From an uncultured Alphaproteobacteria bacterium (GTDB lineage: Bacteria; Pseudomonadota; Alphaproteobacteria; RF32; CAG-239), in assembly GCA_944390035.1 (NCBI GenBank), contig CALXOP010000017.1:1-50641 (forward strand): 50,641 nucleotides of DNA, in the 5' to 3' direction. The notes below the pieces were generated by a model. That model saw nothing but the letters and a program-made list of their open reading frames with translations. It had not been told where the DNA came from and made no database searches. Shown one piece after another: positions 36,500 through 45,000 of this stretch. Position 1 is the first letter of the stretch; the number at the start of each line of letters is the position of its first letter. Position numbers and translations under genes: made by a program.

Positions 36500-37498
36500 A
36501 TGTTAAAGATTTCCTCTTCTCCGCATATTAATTCATCCGTCACCACACAAAGCCTGATGCGAGATGTTCTCATAGCCTTAACTCCGGCCATGCTTGTTGC
36601 GCTGATGATGTTTGGCATTAATGCACTGCGCGTAATACTCACTTCTGTTGCGGCTTGCGTCATGTTTGAATATTTAATCACGCACTATCTTCTTAAAGCC
36701 AAAAACACCACTACGGATTTATCAGCCGTCATCACCGGCGTTTTATTGGGCTTTAATCTGCCAAGCTCCATGCCGTCTTGGATGATTATTGTCGGGGCAT
36801 TTGTATCAATTGGAATTGCTAAAATGGCATTTGGCGGATTAGGCAAAAACATTTTCAATCCTGCCTTGGCCGGTCGTGTCTTTTTGTTTATTTCGTTTCC
36901 CGTACAAATGACGCAATGGCCCAAGCCTGATTTTCTCAATTTTCTGAACACGGATATTGTAACTTCGGCCACCACACTTGGGATTCTAAAACAAATTGAT
37001 GTTTCAAGTTCGGCCTCAATCAAAGCCTCACAAGTCTCCTTAACCGAATTGCCGAACTATTGGCAAATGCTTTTAGGCGACACCGGCGGCAGCCTGGGCG
37101 AGGTTTCGGCACTGGCCTTATTTATCGGACTCTTATATATGTTATGGCGTCGTGTTATCACCTGGCATATTCCTTTTTACTATGTGGCAACATTTTTTAT
37201 GCTTACGGCCATCACATGGTTTAACACCGACAATGTCCACTTTGAACCTGTCACCAACCTCTTATCGGGCGGTCTGCTTTTAGGCGCTTTCTTCATGGCC
37301 ACGGATTATGTCACCAGCCCCATGACGCGCCAAGGACAAATCATCTTTGCGGTTGGCTGTGGTATCCTAACCTATATCATACGCTTTTACAGTGCTTATC
37401 CCGAAGGTGTTTCTTTTGCCATTTTAATAATGAACGCCTTTGTTCCGCTAATAGATAAATTTACCCCGCAAAGGGTCTATGGTAGAAAGAGGAAATAA
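36500..37498 (+). CDS. rnfD: Rnf complex subunit D
   Basis: 332 aa, polytopic. Contains SSPHI, NPALAGR and the flavinylation-region FFMATDYVTSP. Confidence 0.9.
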   Translation: MLKISSSPHINSSVTTQSLMRDVLIALTPAMLVALMMFGINALRVILTSVAACVMFEYLITHYLLKAKNTTTDLSAVITGVLLGFNLPSSMPSWMIIVGAFVSIGIAKMAFGGLGKNIFNPALAGRVFLFISFPVQMTQWPKPDFLNFLNTDIVTSATTLGILKQIDVSSSASIKASQVSLTELPNYWQMLLGDTGGSLGEVSALALFIGLLYMLWRRVITWHIPFYYVATFFMLTAITWFNTDNVHFEPVTNLLSGGLLLGAFFMATDYVTSPMTRQGQIIFAVGCGILTYIIRFYSAYPEGVSFAILIMNAFVPLIDKFTPQRVYGRKRK

Positions 37499-37501
37499 AC
37501 C

Positions 37502-38080
37502 ATGAAACCAGTATCTCTCCTACGCTTAGTTTTCGTTATGTTGATTGTTGCCTGTGGCTCAGCGGCGGTATTAGGCTTTGTATATCAAATCACCACCGTT
37601 CCGATACAAAAAGCAAACGACGCCAAAGAGCTGGCCGCTATTTCCAGTGTCATTATGGAAGACTTTGATAACAATCCCTTCAAAGAAAGAACACTGATTC
37701 CCGGCAAACATAATCAAGGTCAACTCACTTTATATCCAGCCCGAAAAGATGGTAAAATCAAAGCCGTAGCCATCAAAACCTTCAGTGACAAGGCCTTCGG
37801 CGGCAAAATTGAATTAATTGTCGGCTTTTTCTTAGATGGCACCATCAGCGGATACAAAGTCATCAGCTCCAAAGAAACACCGGGACTTGGCGCAAAAGTA
37901 AGCGAACCAAAGTTTAGCGAGCAATTCATCGGTGTAAAACCAAAGAAAAAAACATTTAAAGTCAAACAAGACGGCGGCGAAATCGATGCCGTCACGGCGG
38001 CCACCATCAGCTCACGCGCTGTTGTTGATGCCATAAAGAAAGCCTATGATGCTTATCACAAATTCAGCACAAGGATGTAA
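37502..38080 (+). CDS. rnfG: Rnf complex subunit G
   Basis: 192 aa. TM anchor, ETPGLG, and AVTAATISSRAV, the FMN-binding threonine motif. Confidence 0.85.
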   Translation: MKPVSLLRLVFVMLIVACGSAAVLGFVYQITTVPIQKANDAKELAAISSVIMEDFDNNPFKERTLIPGKHNQGQLTLYPARKDGKIKAVAIKTFSDKAFGGKIELIVGFFLDGTISGYKVISSKETPGLGAKVSEPKFSEQFIGVKPKKKTFKVKQDGGEIDAVTAATISSRAVVDAIKKAYDAYHKFSTRM

Positions 38081-38083
38081 AAG

Positions 38084-38677
38084 ATGAAACAAGTTAGCTA
38101 TCAAAATCTGACACGCGGCATAATAAGTGAAAATCCGGCCTTAGTCATGCTTTTGGGAATGTGCCCGACTTTAGGCGTAACCACCACCGCTCTCAATGGC
38201 TTGGGCATGGGCTTAGCCACCTTACTTGTGCTTATTTTATCTAACACGGCCATTTCTCTGGTCAAAAACTTTATTCCCTCAACCATCCGGATTCCGTGTT
38301 ATATTACGATTATCGCATCATTTGTAACCGTGGTTGAGCTGTTAATGACGGCTTATCTTCCCAATTTGCACGCCGCATTAGGAATTTATATTCCGCTCAT
38401 TGTGGTCAACTGCATTATATTAGGGCGAGCCGAAGCCTTTGCCGCTCATAACAATGTTTTCCAATCTCTGTTAGATGCTCTAGGCATGGGAATAGGCTTT
38501 ACGCTGGCGCTTGTGGCCTTAGGACTTATTCGTGAGATTCTAGGAGCAGGTTCAGCCTTTGGCTATCAATTCATCGGAGAAGACGGCTACCCCATACTCA
38601 TGTTTATCATGCCGCCGGGAGCATTTTTAGCCTTAGCCGGATTAATTGTTCTGTTTAACAAGTCACGGAGAATATAA
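38084..38677 (+). CDS. rnfE: Rnf complex subunit E
   Basis: 197 aa. Contains NPALVMLLGMCPTL and IPLIVVNCIILGRAEAFA. Confidence 0.9.
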   Translation: MKQVSYQNLTRGIISENPALVMLLGMCPTLGVTTTALNGLGMGLATLLVLILSNTAISLVKNFIPSTIRIPCYITIIASFVTVVELLMTAYLPNLHAALGIYIPLIVVNCIILGRAEAFAAHNNVFQSLLDALGMGIGFTLALVALGLIREILGAGSAFGYQFIGEDGYPILMFIMPPGAFLALAGLIVLFNKSRRI

Positions 38678-38678
38678 G

Positions 38679-39254
38679 ATGAGTTACTTAATGATATTCA
38701 TCGCCGCCATTTTTGTAAACAACATTGTTTTGTCGCAATTTTTGGGAATTTGCCCGTTTTTAGGCGTCTCCAAAAGAATATCAACTGCATTGGGCATGGG
38801 TTGCGCGGTCATGTTTGTAATGACCTTATCCGGGTTAGTCACGCACCTGATATATTTTAACCTCTTACAACCCAATGGCCTAAGTTTTATGACCACCGTT
38901 ATTTTTATTTTGATCATAGCCTCTTTGGTCCAAATGGTAGAAATCATCTTACAAAAAACGTCTCCCATGCTTTATCATGCTTTAGGGATTTTTCTGCCGC
39001 TGATTACCACCAATTGCGCAGTTCTGGGTATTGCCATTTTAGCCGTACAAAAAAATATGAGCTTAATGGAAGCCGTTTGCTATAATCTGGCCAATGCCAT
39101 GGGCTTTACCTTAGCCATTGTTCTGTTTTCAAGCATACGAGAAAGACTTTCCGCCAATCCTATTCCCAAAGCTCTCCAAGGCGCACCGATTGCGCTCATC
39201 ACGGCCGGATTGCTCTCCATGGCCTTTATGGGATTTTCCGGTATCAGCCACTAA
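38679..39254 (+). CDS. rnfA: Rnf complex subunit A
   Basis: Track ORF trimmed to MSYLMIFIAAIFVNNIVLSQFLGICPF at 38679, 1 nt after the rnfE stop. Contains LPLITTNCAVLG. Confidence 0.9.
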   Translation: MSYLMIFIAAIFVNNIVLSQFLGICPFLGVSKRISTALGMGCAVMFVMTLSGLVTHLIYFNLLQPNGLSFMTTVIFILIIASLVQMVEIILQKTSPMLYHALGIFLPLITTNCAVLGIAILAVQKNMSLMEAVCYNLANAMGFTLAIVLFSSIRERLSANPIPKALQGAPIALITAGLLSMAFMGFSGISH

Positions 39255-39262
39255 GCAACAAA

Positions 39263-39300
39263 AAAGCCCTCAAGCCTAAAAGGCGAGGGCTTTCTTGTTT
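39263..39300. terminator. bidirectional intrinsic terminator after the rnf operon
   Basis: aaagccctc...gcct-aaa-aggc...gagggcttt followed by cttgtttt. It lies between convergent genes. Confidence 0.75.
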
Positions 39301-39308
39301 TAGTTTTC

Positions 39309-39836
39309 TTAATCTTTCAAAGATTTCAATAACTCCAATACGAGAGGATGTTTTACCTTTGTCAGAGCATATGAATAAAACTCTTCAAAGAGCTTTCCGC
39401 CGTAATTTTGAGTCTCGTCAAAATACTTTGCCTGAACAACGGCATCCAACCGATCCATGGCTTTGACAAAGACGGCCTCCGGTGTTTTGCAAGCTTCGAA
39501 TTCCTCAAATAATTCTATCAATTCAGGATATTCCAGCTCATCAGCCAAACGCCGCATGGCTTTGCTTTCCAAATCATACTTTTCTTGCGGACTAATACCT
39601 GACCCTGGCGTATAATCACCGATGTATATTTCGGCAAGATCATGGATATTTGCCATTTTCAAGCACTTGCACAAATCGAGCTCTTTGGGAGCATACAGCT
39701 GCACCAGCATACTCATACTCCAAGAATGAGAGGCATCAACTTCTGGTGACTTTACCTTATGATAGAGCCAACCGCTGCGAGCCAAATTTTTCATTTGCCC
39801 GCTGACTTGCTTAAAGTTTTCAAGTTCTCTTTTCAT
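39309..39836 (-). CDS. HD-domain hydrolase, YfbR-like 5'-deoxynucleotidase family
   Basis: 175 aa. The motifs ESDASHSWSM-like (VDASHSWSMSML), IHDLAEIYIGDYTP and AMDRLD fit the HD_3/YfbR pattern. Confidence 0.7.
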   Translation of the reverse strand: MKRELENFKQVSGQMKNLARSGWLYHKVKSPEVDASHSWSMSMLVQLYAPKELDLCKCLKMANIHDLAEIYIGDYTPGSGISPQEKYDLESKAMRRLADELEYPELIELFEEFEACKTPEAVFVKAMDRLDAVVQAKYFDETQNYGGKLFEEFYSYALTKVKHPLVLELLKSLKD

Positions 39837-39869
39837 AATTCTTATATTTTAAGTTAAAATAATTAAAAT

Positions 39870-40592
39870 TTAGTTCAACAATTCGTTACCTGTCTGCCCA
39901 AGCCAAAGCAAAGTGTCAGGCAGCTCAGCATCTTCAATCGGCGCACGATAGCCGGCCCAAGCCTCAAAAATGGCCCGAGGTAAAATATAGCACTCACCTA
40001 ACAGACAAACCACTTCCTGACCATCGCTGCTGCCAAACAAATTATATCCGGCTGCATAGTATTTCTCTAGCTCCTTAATGACTTCAACACAACAATGTTG
40101 TTTGGCTTCATCAAAATTCCAGAAATAATAAGGCTCCATAAAGAGCTGAATACCCTTTTCCACCTTCACATCAAATCCTTTCAAGCCAAATTTGGCTTTA
40201 TGAATAGTGATTCGGTTAAATTCCTGAGAATTTTTGAGCAAATACTTACTGGCCATAGTAAGGGAAGGGGTGTCCAACAACACACAATCCTCATTTCGTC
40301 CAACAAACATCAGATTATCCGACACCACACCGCGACAACCTTTATTTTGCAAATCCTGAGAAGCCAATACTTTACGAAAAGTTTGAGCATTAACAGTCTT
40401 TTTAAGAGGGTGGCTATATTCTATTCCTGTCTTTTTGCCATTGTCAAAATATCTAATTTCGCCAACACACAAGGCAGAAAGGACCTCTTTTTTATCATCA
40501 AAATCAGCGCTAAAAGCTTGCATCAAAGATGCAAAATAATTTTTTTGGCTCAAATCGCTGTAAATTTCTTGCGAAAAAACTAAATTTTCCAT
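39870..40592 (-). CDS. hypothetical protein
   Basis: 240-aa ORF with ordinary composition, whereas the antisense ORF 40095..40583 looks like junk. The C-terminal YNLFGSSDGQEVVCLLGECYIL is faintly SUKH/SMI1-like; this is weak. Confidence 0.7.
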   Translation of the reverse strand: MENLVFSQEIYSDLSQKNYFASLMQAFSADFDDKKEVLSALCVGEIRYFDNGKKTGIEYSHPLKKTVNAQTFRKVLASQDLQNKGCRGVVSDNLMFVGRNEDCVLLDTPSLTMASKYLLKNSQEFNRITIHKAKFGLKGFDVKVEKGIQLFMEPYYFWNFDEAKQHCCVEVIKELEKYYAAGYNLFGSSDGQEVVCLLGECYILPRAIFEAWAGYRAPIEDAELPDTLLWLGQTGNELLN

Positions 40593-40691
40593 ATTTTTTT
40601 CAAATTATAGGGTTAATAATATTTTATTTTCTCCACCTTAGAACAAAATTTTCCAAAGTTCAAGTATGATTTTAGACAAAAGAAAATATTT

Positions 40692-41342
40692 TTATTTTTT
40701 CAGCAAATTTTGAATATTTTTTATCACATTTTCAAACATTTCTTCCGTTAAAACACCGGTATTAATATTATAGCGAGACGTATGATAAGAATTGACCATC
40801 CACAAGTGATGATTTTCCAGCCAATGTGTAGCATTATGCGCAAACTTAAAACTTGCTTTTTTATATCCCAACACACCCAGCACGGCATTATGTGCCACAC
40901 TTCCCAGAGTTAAGATAATCTTCAAATTTGGCATATTTTCAATTTCTTGAATCAGGTAAGCCCCACAGGCTTTGACTTCATCTCCGGTCACCTTATTTTG
41001 CGGAGGAACACAGCGCACGGAATTGGTCACTCTGACATTGAGCAGCTCAAACCCGTCATCTTTCTTTTTTTGATAATTTCCTTGCGCAAAACCATATTTT
41101 TTCAAAATCGGATATAAGACATCTCCGGCATAATCATTGGTAAACGGACGATTTGTTTGGTTAGCTCCGTTTAATCCCGGAGCCAAACCAACAATTAAAA
41201 TCTCCGAGGCGAGGGAACCGAAAGGCTCAACCGGACCATTGTAATAGCTAGGAAATTTTGCAACATTTTGAGCGCGAAACGCCAACAATCTCGGGCATTT
41301 TGAACAAGATTTATCCGGAGCAATAAATGACATTTGCCACAA
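40692..41342 (-). CDS. uracil-DNA glycosylase superfamily protein (family 4/5-like, Fe-S type)
   Basis: Contains CSKCPRL, ILIVGLAPGLNGANQTNRPFTNDYAGDVLY, NSVRCVPP and HTSRYN. Confidence 0.8.
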   Translation of the reverse strand: MWQMSFIAPDKSCSKCPRLLAFRAQNVAKFPSYYNGPVEPFGSLASEILIVGLAPGLNGANQTNRPFTNDYAGDVLYPILKKYGFAQGNYQKKKDDGFELLNVRVTNSVRCVPPQNKVTGDEVKACGAYLIQEIENMPNLKIILTLGSVAHNAVLGVLGYKKASFKFAHNATHWLENHHLWMVNSYHTSRYNINTGVLTEEMFENVIKNIQNLLKK

Positions 41343-41496
41343 TCCTTCTAAAGTATAAAAAATTATTTTTTAATCTAACATAAAAAATTTTTATCACCAC
41401 CCTTTAAAAACAATTATCCAAAATTATATCTAAGTCGAAATTGCACAATCAGTAATTTCAGAGAAAGAAATCTATTTATAAATGGAGTTTTACAAT

Positions 41497-42096
41497 ATGA
41501 AAAAAACATTATTATTGGCAGGCGTTGCAAGTCTTTTCTCATACAATGCCAATGCAATGATGGAAATGCCGAAAATGCCGGCAGATTTCAGACCTTATGT
41601 TGGTGTTGACTATGTTTATTCCAAAGCTGACTACAAAGACGAAGCAAGTCGTATGGAAGATAAAGGATACTTGGAAGATAATTTCAATTCTGGCGTTATC
41701 AATGCCGGTATCAAAATGGGCGACTACTACAGCATTGAAGCCTTCTATCAACAATCAGCTTCAGAAAAAGGCGACTATTTTATATATGACGGAATGTCTC
41801 ACAAAGCCGAAACCCAATTTGATGCTTATGGTATTGATCTCTATGGATACATGCCGGTTGGTTGCGACGGCATAAGCCTTCTGGGTACTGTCGGCTTAGC
41901 TAACTATGACTTGGAAATTAAAGAACTTGGTGAAAAAGAAACCAAAAGCCGTGTTGGTTACCGTGCCGGTATTGGTGCTCAATATGACTTCAACGAAAAC
42001 TGGTCTGCGCGTTTAGTTGGCCGTTACAGCTACATTGGCACCAAAGATGTTGACAATCTAATGGAAGCCACAGCCGGTATTCGTTATACTTTCTAA
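41497..42096 (+). CDS. small outer membrane beta-barrel protein
   Basis: Track ORF trimmed to MKKTLLLAGVASLFSYNANA (RBS ggag 9 nt upstream). The sequence shows an alternating beta pattern and a C-terminal GIRYTF with terminal Phe. Confidence 0.72.
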   Translation: MKKTLLLAGVASLFSYNANAMMEMPKMPADFRPYVGVDYVYSKADYKDEASRMEDKGYLEDNFNSGVINAGIKMGDYYSIEAFYQQSASEKGDYFIYDGMSHKAETQFDAYGIDLYGYMPVGCDGISLLGTVGLANYDLEIKELGEKETKSRVGYRAGIGAQYDFNENWSARLVGRYSYIGTKDVDNLMEATAGIRYTF

Positions 42097-42108
42097 TCTA
42101 AAGAACTA

Positions 42109-42142
42109 TTCCCAAAATAAAGCCATTTTTTACAAAATGGCT
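42109..42142 (+). terminator. intrinsic terminator
   Basis: aaagccatttt-ttac-aaaatggcttt followed by attttttt. Confidence 0.85.
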
Positions 42143-42267
42143 TTATTTTTTTACCTATACAACACTTGACAAAACTGCCAAAAAAGTTATTCTTAGCTTA
42201 AATTTATATTATTATAAACCAAAGAGGACCCGGTCACACAAGCCTCTCTAAATATTCCGTTATAATT

Positions 42268-42414
42268 ATGAAAAATATAATTTCACTTGCCTGCAAATAT
42301 TCCAAATTGGCTATTATAAATATAATTGTTGCCATAGTGTCTCTGATAATCATTATGGTTTGCGGCATCGGGCTGATTATATTTGTCGGAATGATATTAA
42401 CAGCTTTCAGCTAA
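42268..42414 (+). CDS. possible 48-aa hydrophobic membrane peptide (below the track cutoff)
   Basis: My own translation: MKNIISLACKYSKLAIINIIVAIVSLIIIMVCGIGLIIFVGMILTAFS. A ttgaca/tattct promoter-like pair lies at 42156-42183 and a terminator follows. No clear SD. Confidence 0.4.
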   Translation: MKNIISLACKYSKLAIINIIVAIVSLIIIMVCGIGLIIFVGMILTAFS

Positions 42415-42436
42415 AAAAGATTTAGAATAAAAAAGC

Positions 42437-42467
42437 AAGCTCTTCATATTGAAGGGCTTATTTTTTT
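42437..42467 (+). terminator. intrinsic terminator
   Basis: aagctcttca-tat-tgaagggctt (one G-U pair) followed by attttttt. Confidence 0.7.
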
Positions 42468-42541
42468 ATGATGTGTACAGTTTTGAAACGAACTTGCATT
42501 TTGCTAACAAATTGCCCAAGATACTCTCAAAGGAGGACATC

Positions 42542-42886
42542 ATGAGCAAAAAACAAACTTATTTATATATCTTAGCCGCCGGAATCATCTTAATTTTGGC
42601 AGGCTTTTTCATGCATATTCAAGTCATTACAAGCGCTTATCACACCATTAGCAAAATGATAGCCAATCCGCTGGTCTTTGGTCCGGCAGCAGTCTGCGCC
42701 TTTATTTTTATGGGCAATTCTCGCTATTGGCTGATAAATATATGTTGTGCTTTAGTCGCTTCTTTGGTGATTCAATATTTTGTAATTGGACATGGGGCAG
42801 GGATATACACTATTCTTTATCGCGCCTTAGCCTTTTTGGTTGTCGTTTATTTCCTCAACCTGTTAAAAATTATTATCACTAAATAA
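42542..42886 (+). CDS. small polytopic membrane protein (114 aa)
   Basis: Track ORF 42449..42886 trimmed to MSKKQTYLYILAAG at 42542, behind a perfect aggagg RBS. The track start lies inside the upstream terminator. 3-4 hydrophobic helices. Confidence 0.7.
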   Translation: MSKKQTYLYILAAGIILILAGFFMHIQVITSAYHTISKMIANPLVFGPAAVCAFIFMGNSRYWLINICCALVASLVIQYFVIGHGAGIYTILYRALAFLVVVYFLNLLKIIITK

Positions 42887-42891
42887 GACGC

Positions 42892-42945
42892 TGAGAACGA
42901 GCAAAACGTATAAATGCTCAAAAATAAATACTGAGCTCGTTCTCA
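42892..42945 (+). other. 11-bp inverted repeat with 32-nt loop just after the stop codon
   Basis: tgagaacgagc ... gctcgttctca. No U tract follows. Confidence 0.5.
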
Positions 42946-43190
42946 CAATCCATTTATTTAATAAGTTATTGAATTTTATGTAAATATATTTCAAATCCTT
43001 TTATAATAAAGCTCTTAAATCTCTGCAAGCAAAAGACAATACACCAATTTCTAAAAAAAGCCAAAAACAAGGTTATAAAAACTATTCTTGCGTTGCAAAA
43101 CAATGACGACGCAACGACAACAATTGTCCGAACACCCAACAATTTCAATCCTAAAATTTCTATATGAGCGTCACAATACAAGAGCTTGCC

Positions 43191-43274
43191 GTATTGCAAT
43201 TCATGAAATGCCGTATCACAAAAGTATCACAACAGTATTACAATTCATGAGCTACAATAATTACAATTTATGAA
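43191..43274. repeat. phased short direct repeats (GTATYRCAA at 43191, 43213, 43224, 43235; longer unit gtattRcaattcatga at 43191 and 43235)
   Basis: Counted by hand. The spacings are 22, 11 and 11 nt. A third acaatttatga copy lies at 43263-43273. Confidence 0.7.
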
Positions 43275-43401
43275 CGGCAGTAGGCTCCACAATCTCCCCT
43301 CTGCCTCTCACATATTTGTCGCATAATATATATTATGTATAGTTTAAGGTTGCCAGGATAACATATTGAATAAAAATGATATATTTTAACAGCAATAAGT
43401 T

Positions 43402-45000
43402 TTAGATAGCTTCTGATGCTTTTATCAAAGTTTTGGTATAGTCATTTTGCGGATGATTAAAAATATCTTGAGCAGACCCGATTTCAATTAATCTACCATC
43501 TTTCATAACGCCAATTCGATCTGCCATAGCTTTTATGGCGCGCATATCATGAGAAATAAACAAATAGCTTATGTTGCGTTCTTTTTGAATTTTTTTCAGT
43601 AGTTTGACAATTTGCGCCTGAATAGTCACATCTAATGCGGACGTTGGCTCATCCAAGACAATTAACGTCGGTTCCAAGATGAGAGCTCGAGCTATGGCTA
43701 TCCTCTGACGCTGTCCGCCGGAAAATTCATGCGGATACCGGTCCATCACCGTTTCATCCAAGCCCACTTCTTGCAACACATGCTTAACTTTTTCCCGTAT
43801 ATCCGATGACTTGAGCTTGGGATAATGAATTTTCAGCCCTTCGGCAACAATATCTTCTATTCTCATACGAGGATTCAACGAATTATAAGGGTCCTGAAAC
43901 ACAATTTGCATTTTTTGCTTCAAATGCAGCTTTTCTTTTCGCGACAGTGCCGCCACATTTATTCCTTCAAAAGACACACTCCCGTAAGCCCGCTGCAACC
44001 CAAGCAAAGACTGCCCCAGTGTTGTTTTGCCTGAGCCGGATTCTCCGACAATTCCCAAACATTCTCCCTTATAAATATCAAAGCTAACATCATTGACGGC
44101 ATCTATTTTAGAGATTATTTTTCCCCAAAAGTTCTTTTTGAGCGGGAATGTCACTTTCAAATCTGATGCTTGTAATATTTTGTTTGCCTGTCTGACCGGC
44201 ACATCATTTTGCAACATCACCGCCGAAATAAGCTCTTTTGTGTAAGGATGCTGCGGATTTTCGAAAATCTCTCTCACATCACCCTGTTCCACCATCTCTC
44301 CTCTTTTCATCACACAAACTTTATCGGCAATTTTGCGCACCAAAGTCAAATCATGACTAATAAAGAGGATAGCCATATTCATTTTTTTACGCAAATTCAT
44401 CAATAAATCAATGATTTGCGCCTGAATTGTGACATCCAACGCCGTCGTTGGCTCATCTGCAATCAACAATTTTGGATTATTGGCAATAGCCATAGCAATC
44501 ATCACACGTTGCCTCTGCCCGCCGGACAACTCAAACGGATATGCCTCTTTTTTCAATTCTGGTTGAGAAATTCCCGTCAATTCCAACAATCTAACTACTT
44601 CTTTTTGCACTTGTTTGTCAGACAATTTCCGATGCAACTTTAAAACTTCTGCAATCTGATGACCTATTTTATGCAACGGATTCAGAGAAGACATCGGCTC
44701 TTGGAAAATAAAACCGACCTCTTTACCTCTGATTTTGCGCAACTGGCTTTCTTTAGCTCCAATAATCTCTTTACCATTAAACAAAATAGAGCTATCAGCA
44801 CTATGAAAAGCCTTTGGATAAGGCAACAATCCCAAAACCGACAAAGCCGTCACCGATTTTCCGGAACCGGATTCGCCGACAATACCGACAATTTCACCCT
44901 CATCTAATTCAAAATTAATGTTTTTTACGGCCTCAAAAGGATTTAGGCCGTCTCTGGCAAAAGAAACCGAAAGATTTTTAACTTCCAATAAAGCCATCAA
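43402..45000 (-). CDS. yejF: fused double ATPase of a YejABEF-type peptide ABC importer
   Basis: 532 aa with two Walker A motifs (GESGSGKS, GESGSGKT), two LSGGQRQR signatures, and a typical YejF length and layout. Confidence 0.85.
   Translation of the reverse strand: MMALLEVKNLSVSFARDGLNPFEAVKNINFELDEGEIVGIVGESGSGKSVTALSVLGLLPYPKAFHSADSSILFNGKEIIGAKESQLRKIRGKEVGFIFQEPMSSLNPLHKIGHQIAEVLKLHRKLSDKQVQKEVVRLLELTGISQPELKKEAYPFELSGGQRQRVMIAMAIANNPKLLIADEPTTALDVTIQAQIIDLLMNLRKKMNMAILFISHDLTLVRKIADKVCVMKRGEMVEQGDVREIFENPQHPYTKELISAVMLQNDVPVRQANKILQASDLKVTFPLKKNFWGKIISKIDAVNDVSFDIYKGECLGIVGESGSGKTTLGQSLLGLQRAYGSVSFEGINVAALSRKEKLHLKQKMQIVFQDPYNSLNPRMRIEDIVAEGLKIHYPKLKSSDIREKVKHVLQEVGLDETVMDRYPHEFSGGQRQRIAIARALILEPTLIVLDEPTSALDVTIQAQIVKLLKKIQKERNISYLFISHDMRAIKAMADRIGVMKDGRLIEIGSAQDIFNHPQNDYTKTLIKASEAI

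Noticed and set aside
40095-40583. 162-aa + strand ORF opposite the 240-aa hypothetical gene.
   Set aside because: It has an I/F/K/L/S-rich antisense-type composition and no RBS. The minus-strand product has ordinary globular composition and fits the operon direction.
42966-43273. Track ORFs 42966..43199 (-) and 43088..43273 (+) in the AT-rich spacer.
   Set aside because: They have no RBS, implausible composition, and overlap each other. I treat the region as non-coding or degraded.
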